A DNA stretch of 31,485 nucleotides from Candidatus Iainarchaeum sp. (GTDB lineage: Archaea > Iainarchaeota > Iainarchaeia > Iainarchaeales > 0-14-0-20-34-12): NCBI GenBank assembly GCA_030649345.1, contig JAUSKK010000011.1, positions 1-31,485 of the forward strand, in the 5' to 3' direction. Shown here in pieces: positions 17,837 to 24,488 of the stretch. The notes below the pieces were generated by a model. It saw only the letters and a list, made by a program, of their open reading frames with translations, was not told the origin of the DNA and did not search any database. Position numbers and translations under genes: made by a program. Numbering within the stretch: the stretch's first letter is position 1; each line of letters begins with the position of its first letter.

Positions 17837-19072
17837 TTAACTAAAAAATATTTTAATAAAAAACTTTAAGCCGCCGATTTTTTCCTGTGTATTTTCATTG
17901 ACTAAAGTTCCGCCAATAAAGTCAGCCAGTTTAGGATTTCGTTTGGCTTTTCCGGTAACCCAATTCAACAAAAATGTATTCGAAGCAACTTTTTGCAATT
18001 TGTAACTATTCATTAATTCTGGGCGTAAAATTTTTTCCACTTGATCTTGGTATTCTTTTAAAACAGAATGGCTAAAATCGTTTTTTTCAAATGCTTTGAC
18101 TATAACTTCACTGGCTAACTTTCCGGAAGTCATGGCATTGCCTATTCCTTCGCCAGTAAATGGATCAATTAAGCTGGCTGCATCGCCTACCAATACAAAA
18201 CCATTGCCGGCACATTTTCTAACTTTGGAACCCAAAGGCAAATTCCATCCTTTTACTGGAGAAACTTTTTTTGCATTCTTGAATCGTTCTTTGAATAAAG
18301 GATTTTCTTCAATGGCTTTAAACATGGCTTTTTCTAAATTAACTTTTTTCTTTTTCAAATCTTTAACAATCATTCCAACCCCTACATTACATTCTCCTTT
18401 TTGGTTGCCTTCAATGGTTGGAAAAATCCAAAAATATCCAGGAATTAATTCTGGCACAAAATGAATTTCAATTTTGTTGGTTAAATCAGTTACGCCTTCG
18501 TAATACAAACGCAAAGCAACAATGTAATGTTTTTCATCAATTTCATTTAAGCCCAATTCTTTGGCAACAATTGAATGTGCACTGTCTGCCCCCACTACAA
18601 TTTTAGCAGTGTATTGTTCTTCTTTTCCTGAAATCAAATCTTTTCCTTTTACTCCAACAACTTGATCTCCTTCTTTTAATAGTCCTGTAACCATAAATTT
18701 TTCTTTAACTGTAATATTTTTTTGTTTTTTCATATTTTGAAACAAAAAATTATCATACACCATTCGTTTGCAAACATATCCGTTATTTTGCACGCCTGTT
18801 TTTGGAATATTGACATCCAATAAAGTTCCATTCGGAGAAGAAATAGTGACTCCATCAATATGAATTTGTTCCAATTGATCCATTTCTTTTTGTAAACCCA
18901 ATTCTCTTAAAATTTTGACACTTTTGCCTGAAACCGCATCTCCGCAAGTCTTGTCTTTAGGATATTGTTCTTTTTCCAATAAAAGCACTTTTTTACCTGC
19001 CTTTGCTAGAAAGACTCCTGTGGTTGATCCTCCTGGACCTCCACCGACAACAATTACATCAAAATCAGTCAT
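17837..19072 (-). CDS. Geranylgeranyl reductase family FAD-dependent oxidoreductase (archaeal lipid saturation)
   Basis: FAD fingerprint DVIVVGGGPGGS, KTCGDAVS and LVGDAASLIDPFTGEGI. The track start at 19117 is a TTG. The ATG at 19072 (MTDFDVIVVGGG) is preceded by the TATA-like CTTTATATTC about 29 nt upstream. Confidence 0.85.
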   Translation of the reverse strand: MTDFDVIVVGGGPGGSTTGVFLAKAGKKVLLLEKEQYPKDKTCGDAVSGKSVKILRELGLQKEMDQLEQIHIDGVTISSPNGTLLDVNIPKTGVQNNGYVCKRMVYDNFLFQNMKKQKNITVKEKFMVTGLLKEGDQVVGVKGKDLISGKEEQYTAKIVVGADSAHSIVAKELGLNEIDEKHYIVALRLYYEGVTDLTNKIEIHFVPELIPGYFWIFPTIEGNQKGECNVGVGMIVKDLKKKKVNLEKAMFKAIEENPLFKERFKNAKKVSPVKGWNLPLGSKVRKCAGNGFVLVGDAASLIDPFTGEGIGNAMTSGKLASEVIVKAFEKNDFSHSVLKEYQDQVEKILRPELMNSYKLQKVASNTFLLNWVTGKAKRNPKLADFIGGTLVNENTQEKIGGLKFFIKIFFS

Positions 19073-19114
19073 ATTTAGTATTCTTAACAAAAAAAAGAAT
19101 ATAAAGCCTGCAGT

Positions 19115-19157
19115 CAACCGGGGTGCCGGTTGGTAGCACGTGGTGCTAAAGCACCAC
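19115..19157 (-). other. Two adjacent perfect 7-bp GC-rich hairpins (terminator or small structured RNA)
   Basis: Plus strand: CAACCGG-ggtg-CCGGTTG (19115..19132) and GTGGTGC-taaa-GCACCAC (19140..19157). They lie between the HxlR stop (19185) and the reductase promoter and are strongly GC-rich against the AT-rich background. Confidence 0.35.
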
Positions 19158-19184
19158 TGATTGTAGATTTACTTAGCCTTTGGC

Positions 19185-19577
19185 TTATTTCAAGCTAATT
19201 TGAATGCAGTCTGCGCAAGTCATTTTTCCACAGTTTCTTTTTTCACAGTCTTTGTTCCATTTGGATTCCCATTTTACAATTTCGTGCAGTACTTCCTGCA
19301 ATTCTTTTCCTTTTTCAGTAAGTAAATACTCTGACTTTTTTACTTTTTTGACGGAAGATTGTTTTTTTTCAATTAAAGACCATTGTTCTAATTTTTTTAA
19401 TCTTTGACTTAAAACTTTAGGCGTAATTCCATTTAAGATTTTTGTTAAATCATTAAAATGCATGGCTTTTTTGGATTCAAAGCAGAGCAAAAGTGCACAA
19501 ACCCATTTTTTTCCTAAAACGTGTGTTGTATTGTTAATTGGGCATTCTTGAAAAAATGTGCGAACCTTTGAATTCAT
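19185..19577 (-). CDS. HxlR-family winged-helix transcriptional regulator with a C-terminal four-Cys extension
   Basis: N-terminal CPINNTTHVLGKKW (the conserved HxlR Cys-Pro context), followed by the HTH. The tail carries C-x4-C-x4-C-x2-C (DCEKRNCGKMTCADC). Confidence 0.8.
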   Translation of the reverse strand: MNSKVRTFFQECPINNTTHVLGKKWVCALLLCFESKKAMHFNDLTKILNGITPKVLSQRLKKLEQWSLIEKKQSSVKKVKKSEYLLTEKGKELQEVLHEIVKWESKWNKDCEKRNCGKMTCADCIQISLK

Positions 19578-19610
19578 ATTTTCCTCGATAGCTTTCTAAA
19601 AAGATACTGT

Positions 19611-19626
19611 AGTTAATTAATTAACT
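19611..19626. promoter_or_regulatory. Perfect 16-bp palindrome in the divergent HxlR / MsrQ-like promoter region
   Basis: AGTTAATTAATTAACT is its own reverse complement. It lies 34-49 nt from the HxlR ATG and 25-40 nt from the 19651 ATG, at TATA-box distance for both genes. Confidence 0.4.
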
Positions 19627-19650
19627 TAATGTTTTAAATTATCTAATACC

Positions 19651-20259
19651 ATGAAAGAGCTCAAGCCTCATTTAATTTCAATTCTAGTAATTCTTATTCT
19701 TTCCTGGTACTATTTCATTTACTCTGGCCGTCCTTTGGCTTTAAATTTTGTAAATGCAGTAACTGCATTTTCATCCACATTCATTATTGGCTTGTCTTTT
19801 CTCTGGGGTCCTTTAGCTCGCTTTATTCCAATTTTCAAGCATACTTTAAGTTACCGTAAGCCTTTGGGCTTATGGGGTTTTGGCTTGGCTGCCCTTCATG
19901 TCTTGTTGGTTGTATTTGTTTTATTGGGTAATTCTCGTGAAGTGACTTTTGCAGACATTGTATCCATTGGTGTTGCAGCAGTTGCGTTTGTAATCTTTTC
20001 TTTAATGGCTTTGACTTCCAGCAATGAATGGGTTGTCAAGTTAGGTTACTCTAATTGGAAAAGCTTACAGCGCACAGGTTATCTTGCTTTTGCGTTTGTT
20101 TTATTTCATATTGTTTTATTAGAAAAAGGAATTTTTTTAAGTCGATTAACTGGACAAATTGCCATTGGATTTATTTTAGTTATTTTTTTACTGCGTGCTT
20201 TGGTTTTATTGTTTAAAATTCCTTTGCCTGAACAGCCTATGAATCCAACTGCAAAGTAA
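19651..20259 (+). CDS. Ferric-reductase-like / MsrQ (YedZ)-like haem-b membrane protein
   Basis: Six TMs. His-bearing helices GLWGFGLAALHVLLVV and GYLAFAFVLFHIVLLE. ALTSSNEWVVKLGYSNWKSLQRTGY resembles the MsrQ core. Confidence 0.7.
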   Translation: MKELKPHLISILVILILSWYYFIYSGRPLALNFVNAVTAFSSTFIIGLSFLWGPLARFIPIFKHTLSYRKPLGLWGFGLAALHVLLVVFVLLGNSREVTFADIVSIGVAAVAFVIFSLMALTSSNEWVVKLGYSNWKSLQRTGYLAFAFVLFHIVLLEKGIFLSRLTGQIAIGFILVIFLLRALVLLFKIPLPEQPMNPTAK

Positions 20260-20315
20260 TGAAATCCTAACGTAAAATAATAGGCTGGAAATTTTTCCTT
20301 AATTCGTTTTTTTCT

Positions 20316-21044
20316 TTAATTCGTTTTCTTATTTTTTAATGAATCTTGTTTCAATTCGCCTACATGTTCTCCGAACTGTGTTCTTTGCTGAATTTGCACA
20401 AAAATCAATCCAATTCTTACCATCAAAGCAATAATGGCCAATGCTAAAAAAAGTTTTCCGAAAGGACGGACATCCAATCCAATTTCGGGTTTGGTTTCCA
20501 AAATAACAAAATGAATTGCACTCAAAAATAAAGCAATGTATCCTGTGGTTTGCAATTTTTTCCAGTTTGCATAACCCATTTTTTCTACAGATTTTTGAGT
20601 AGACGTTAAAGCCATCAGCATGAAAATAACAAAAGCAATTACTCCGGCTAAAATTCCTTCTAGTTTTGGATTATTAAAAATCATTTGGTCTAAGCTTAAA
20701 TTGTAAATAAAAATTACTGAATACAAAACATGCAGTGCAATTAATCCAAATCCGAATAATCCCAAAAATTTTCTCCAAACCAAAAAGCGGGCAAATTTTT
20801 TGGGAAACATTCGCGACAACGGACCCATTAAAAAAGTAATGGCCAATAAACCAATGCCGGCTAAAGCAGCTACTTTATTTAATTCTTTAAGCGAAAAACT
20901 CAAATCTTGAAACGAAATAACTTGAATTGTTTTTCCAAAATCTAAAGCCTGCGTTTTTTTATCATACCCGGTATAAAATAAAAGCAATGAAACAATTACT
21001 GCCAATGCTACAATCCATTGACCGAATTTTGGAACTGTAGTCAT
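20316..21044 (-). CDS. Second MsrQ (YedZ)-like haem-b membrane protein (paralog of 19651..20259)
   Basis: GLFGFGLIALHVLYSV, ALTSTQKSVEKMGYANWKKLQTTGY and SAIHFVILE align with the neighbouring copy. Confidence 0.7.
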   Translation of the reverse strand: MTTVPKFGQWIVALAVIVSLLLFYTGYDKKTQALDFGKTIQVISFQDLSFSLKELNKVAALAGIGLLAITFLMGPLSRMFPKKFARFLVWRKFLGLFGFGLIALHVLYSVIFIYNLSLDQMIFNNPKLEGILAGVIAFVIFMLMALTSTQKSVEKMGYANWKKLQTTGYIALFLSAIHFVILETKPEIGLDVRPFGKLFLALAIIALMVRIGLIFVQIQQRTQFGEHVGELKQDSLKNKKTN

Positions 21045-21086
21045 TCAATCAATCCTTAATCCATTGTCCTGTGTTGAAAACTTATT

Positions 21087-21599
21087 TTATTCAATTAGTC
21101 CTTCTTTAAGTTCTTTTTTAAATTTAATAATATTGGTTTTTCCCAATTCTTGTTTTTCAATTACTCCTTTATCCATTAATTTCAAAATAACTCGATGCGA
21201 TTTCAAGCGGGTCATTCCCGGCAGTCTCGAAACTTCTGCCTGTAAGGCTTGTCCTTTGCCTTCAATTAATTTATTCACTAAAGTTTGTTCGTCTTTGTCT
21301 AAAAATTGCAACAATACTTCAATATTGGATTTCAATGCTTTTTGTTTGGTTTCTACTTTTCCAGTCATTAAATAATATGTTCCAGCCCCAACCAGCAAAG
21401 CAATACTTACCAATAAAGGAATAACTTGAGTTAAAATTTCCACTTTTTGTTCATATGGGCAAATACCTTGTTCATTGACATGTATAAATTCTAATTGAGA
21501 TTCAGGGATTGGAGCAAATACTTGAATTCCAATTAAAACAAATAAAATAAAAGAAACTAAAATAACTATTCCTAAAACAATTTTTTTATTCGAATTCAT
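21087..21599 (-). CDS. Membrane-tethered winged-helix (MarR/TrmB-like) regulator
   Basis: Two TMs flank a roughly 30-aa outside loop with one Cys (NEQGICPYEQ). The C-terminal wHTH reads LVNKLIEGKGQALQAEVSRLPGMTRLKSHRVILKLMDKGVIEK. Confidence 0.6.
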   Translation of the reverse strand: MNSNKKIVLGIVILVSFILFVLIGIQVFAPIPESQLEFIHVNEQGICPYEQKVEILTQVIPLLVSIALLVGAGTYYLMTGKVETKQKALKSNIEVLLQFLDKDEQTLVNKLIEGKGQALQAEVSRLPGMTRLKSHRVILKLMDKGVIEKQELGKTNIIKFKKELKEGLIE

Positions 21600-21615
21600 G
21601 TTATTTATCCTTTAG

Positions 21616-21669
21616 CTTTGTTTTTAGTTGTTCAATCTTTGTTTCAAGATTTGCTATATATTGTTTCAA
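21616..21669 (+). promoter_or_regulatory. Phased direct repeats (TTGTTT core; TTGTTTCAA twice) flanking a TATA-like box
   Basis: CTTTGTTT occurs at 21616 and 21637. TTGTTTCAA occurs at 21639..21647 and 21661..21669. Spacing is 21-22 nt. GCTATATATT lies at 21653..21662. Confidence 0.3.
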
Positions 21670-21709
21670 TAGTAGTTATTATAAGAATTTGTAAAACGAG
21701 GTGTTTTGA

Positions 21710-21814
21710 ATGGATGACTGTTGTAGTGAAAAAAACAAAAAAAAGGAAAAAATAGAACTGAAGACTGACTGTTGCGGTGCCTGTGTTGTTTCAGAAGAAA
21801 CTGCCGAAAAGTGA
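21710..21814 (+). CDS. Unannotated 34-aa Cys-rich micro-ORF (MDDCCSEKNKKKEKIELKTDCCGACVVSEETAEK)
   Basis: ATG preceded by GAGGTG (21698..21703) with a 6-nt spacer, and a TATA-like box about 50 nt upstream. It has five Cys arranged as CC-x15-CC-x2-C and lies directly upstream of the DsbA-like gene. It is below the ORF-track length cut-off. Confidence 0.45.
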   Translation: MDDCCSEKNKKKEKIELKTDCCGACVVSEETAEK

Positions 21815-21864
21815 ATCTGAGTCTAAGATAAAAATAGATTGTTTATCAAAAAATATGTGAAATT

Positions 21865-22812
21865 ATGGCGATTATTTGCATTGCAGCAGCACTTATTTTA
21901 GGAATCTTAGGCTTGTTTTCAGCCAAATATAGGCCTTTAGCTAAAGAAGCTTTTAGCTGTGCTTTTCGAACTCTAACTTTACGAAAATGTGACTCTAATT
22001 TAGAGCAAAAAATTAAAGCAAACATAACTGGTTTTACTAGCAAAATTTCACCCAAATTAGGCCAAATTACATTCAAGCATTTTTCAGTTATTTCCACTAT
22101 TTTTGTTTTATTGATTTTCGCAAGTTCAATTGGAATGATCTGGGGTATCTGGAACTTTTATCAGTATGGTAATTGCAATGGCCCAGAAAGCACAGATTTT
22201 TGTATCTTTGATCCAACTGGAACAGGAGAACAAGGATTTTCCAGAATCAATGCTCAGCAATCTTTGCAACAACCTTTAAACTTGCAGGGAATTAGTTACG
22301 GAAACGAAAATTCTGAAATTATTGTATACGAGTATGGTTGTTATTTGTGCCCGTATACAAAAAAAGCAGAACCTGTAGTCCAGCAATTACGCGAAGAATT
22401 CAAAGACCAAGTACATTTTGTATTCAAGTCTTTTCCTTTGCCGAAACACAATCAAAGTTTTGATGCGGCCAAAGCAAGCTATTGTGGAAAAGATCAAAAC
22501 AAATACTGGGAAATGCGCGAATTATTATTTTCCATGCAAGATTCTTGTGTTAGTCCGGATGTGAATGCTGAAATTTTTACACAAATGGCTGTACAATTAG
22601 ATTTAAATCAAACTCAATTTGAAATTTGCATGCAAAATCCAGATGTGAATACATCCGTTCAATCTTTGTACGATGAAGCTGTTCAAATTGGAGTTTATGG
22701 AACGCCTACATTTTTTATTGGAGAAAAATCATTTGTTGGCTCAGTAACCTATGATCAATTAAAGCAAGCTATTGAAGCAGAAATTGCAAAAAAACAAAAT
22801 GGTGGAAATTAA
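21865..22812 (+). CDS. Membrane-anchored DsbA-family thiol:disulfide oxidoreductase (2-TM N-domain fused to a thioredoxin fold)
   Basis: TM1 (residues 1-20), then a basic loop with C-x10-C (SCAFRTLTLRKC), then TM2. The DsbA-like domain carries GCYLCP (CxxC) and the cis-Pro loop YGTPTFF. Confidence 0.75.
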   Translation: MAIICIAAALILGILGLFSAKYRPLAKEAFSCAFRTLTLRKCDSNLEQKIKANITGFTSKISPKLGQITFKHFSVISTIFVLLIFASSIGMIWGIWNFYQYGNCNGPESTDFCIFDPTGTGEQGFSRINAQQSLQQPLNLQGISYGNENSEIIVYEYGCYLCPYTKKAEPVVQQLREEFKDQVHFVFKSFPLPKHNQSFDAAKASYCGKDQNKYWEMRELLFSMQDSCVSPDVNAEIFTQMAVQLDLNQTQFEICMQNPDVNTSVQSLYDEAVQIGVYGTPTFFIGEKSFVGSVTYDQLKQAIEAEIAKKQNGGN

Positions 22813-24023
22813 TGCTAAATGTAGAAAAAATTCGTGCAGACTTTCCAATGTTTTCAAATAATCCAAAAATGATTTACTTAGACAATGCCTGCACTACCTT
22901 TAAACCTAAACCAGTACTGCAAAGTATGAATGACTATTATGAAAAATTCAGTGCTTGTGCTGGACGAAGCCAGCATTTTTTAGGAAAATACGCTGAACAA
23001 TTATTCGAACAAGCTCGCAAAGACATCTCTGACTTTGTTCACTGTAAGCCTGAAGAAGTTGTATTCACTAAAAATTGTACTGAAGCCATTAATTTAGTCG
23101 CCAATGCGTATCCGTTTAGTTCTTCTAAAAATCAAGTTTTGACTACAGTCTTAGAACATCATTCTATGTTTTTGCCTTTTTATCAACAAGCTCAAGCTAA
23201 AAAAATTGAACTCAAAATAATGAATCCTTCCCAAGAAGGATTATTCACGCAAACAAATTGGAGTGAGGAAATTTCAGAACAAACAGGACTTGTTGCAATT
23301 CATGGGATGAACAATACTTTAAGCACTCAGCCGGATTCAGAAAAAATTGTGAAAGCAGCTCATGCAAAAAATGCAAAAGTTTTAGTGGATGGCGCTCAAT
23401 TAATTCCGCATACTGATTTTAATTTCAAGAAGTCTGATGTGGATTTTTTGGCATTCTCAGGCCATAAGATGGTTGGCCCTACTGGCATTGGCTGCTTGAT
23501 TGCTAAAAAAGAACTCTTGGAAAAATTAAATCCTTTTTTAGTAGGTGGAGAAACCATTGAAAGTGTTTCTTTAAATCAAGTGATTTACACAAAAGCACCC
23601 CATAAATTTGAAGCAGGAATTCAGAATTATTCTGGCGCCATAGGTTTAGCTGCAGCGTGTAAGTATTTGAAAAAAATCGGATTAAAAAACATTGAAGTAC
23701 AAGAACAAAATTTAATGAAAATCTTGCTTTCAGAAACTTCTAAAATTTCAAACTTTAAACTAATCGGGCCATCCAATGCCGCTCAAAGAAACGGAATTTT
23801 AACATTTAATTTAGGAAACGCACATCCACATGAAGTTGCTATTATGTTGGATTCTTTGAATAAAGTTTGTGTTCGCTCTGGAGTATTTTGCGCCCAGCCT
23901 GGAATGACTTTTCTAGGTTATCCAGATGGAGCTGTTCGTGCTAGTTTATACTTGTATAATTCAGAACAAGACATTCAAGTGTTTTTAGATACTTTGAAAA
24001 AGGTTTCGAAAATAGTTAGTTAA
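22812..24023 (+). CDS. Cysteine desulfurase (class V aminotransferase, SufS/CsdA-like)
   Basis: PLP-Lys motif FSGHKMVGPTGIG and catalytic Cys context RSGVFCAQPG. Its ATG overlaps the upstream stop (TAATG). Confidence 0.88.
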   Translation: MLNVEKIRADFPMFSNNPKMIYLDNACTTFKPKPVLQSMNDYYEKFSACAGRSQHFLGKYAEQLFEQARKDISDFVHCKPEEVVFTKNCTEAINLVANAYPFSSSKNQVLTTVLEHHSMFLPFYQQAQAKKIELKIMNPSQEGLFTQTNWSEEISEQTGLVAIHGMNNTLSTQPDSEKIVKAAHAKNAKVLVDGAQLIPHTDFNFKKSDVDFLAFSGHKMVGPTGIGCLIAKKELLEKLNPFLVGGETIESVSLNQVIYTKAPHKFEAGIQNYSGAIGLAAACKYLKKIGLKNIEVQEQNLMKILLSETSKISNFKLIGPSNAAQRNGILTFNLGNAHPHEVAIMLDSLNKVCVRSGVFCAQPGMTFLGYPDGAVRASLYLYNSEQDIQVFLDTLKKVSKIVS

Positions 24024-24047
24024 TGAAGTGCCTGGGAGGAATTTTAA

Positions 24048-24404
24048 ATGAGTAAATTATTTTTAGCCAGTATAGGAATTTTGTTATTGGTAATTTTGGC
24101 TGGATGTACTGCTGAAGTACCTAAATTTGTGGATTCTGCGTCTCCAGTAATGTATTTTCAAAGTCCAAAATGTCATTTTTGTATTCAACAAAAACCAATC
24201 TTGTTAGAATTAGCAGATGAAGGCTTTCGTTTAAAAGACATGGATGTTTTAGCCAATCCAGGTTACTGGCAGGCATACAATATTTCTGGAACTCCTACAT
24301 TTTTAGCAGACAATGGCGATCGATTAGTCGGATTGCAATCCAAAGATAAACTCAGAGACTGGCTTGAAACACATGGCGCCAAAATTGCAGTAAGCGGAAA
24401 CTAA
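24048..24404 (+). CDS. Thioredoxin-fold lipoprotein (CxxC = CHFC)
   Basis: Lipobox LAGC, SPKCHFC, and cis-Pro loop SGTPTF. A GGGAGG Shine-Dalgarno sits about 9 nt upstream. Confidence 0.75.
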   Translation: MSKLFLASIGILLLVILAGCTAEVPKFVDSASPVMYFQSPKCHFCIQQKPILLELADEGFRLKDMDVLANPGYWQAYNISGTPTFLADNGDRLVGLQSKDKLRDWLETHGAKIAVSGN

Positions 24405-24434
24405 TTCCGCTTTCTATTTTTCTTTTTTATTTTT
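24392..24434 (+). terminator. Hairpin plus T-tract terminator closing the DsbA-SufS-Trx operon
   Basis: AAGCGGAA-actaa-TTCCGCTT forms an 8-bp stem with the stop codon in its loop. It is followed by TCTATTTTTCTTTTTTATTTTT. Confidence 0.5.
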
Positions 24435-24460
24435 ATCGTCAATTGTTCATTGCTTAACCA

Positions 24461-24468
24461 TTTAAATT
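24461..24468 (+). promoter_or_regulatory. TATA-like box for lipA (leaderless spacing)
   Basis: TTTAAATT, centred about 25 nt upstream of the ATG at 24489. Confidence 0.35.
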
Positions 24469-24488
24469 AACTCAAACATTATTTTTCT

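Noticed and set aside
19100-19190. Possible tRNA or C/D-box sRNA at the GC-rich patch.
   Set aside because: I could fold no cloverleaf: there is no T-arm GTTC-type sequence and no 7-bp acceptor pairing. A CTGA (D-box-like) is present, but I saw no RUGAUGA C-box upstream. It is kept only as an unexplained twin hairpin.
20299-20327. 12-nt direct repeat TTAATTCGTTTT (20299..20310 and 20316..20327) at the 3' end of the second MsrQ-like gene.
   Set aside because: It is a short, AT-rich, out-of-frame duplication of the last codons plus the stop. Most likely it is a replication-slippage scar with no evident function. It is mentioned under the MsrQ finding only.
21846-22097. 83-aa minus-strand ORF overlapping the start of the DsbA fusion gene.
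   Set aside because: It is antisense to a well-supported CDS, has no motifs, and would run into the micro-ORF/promoter region.
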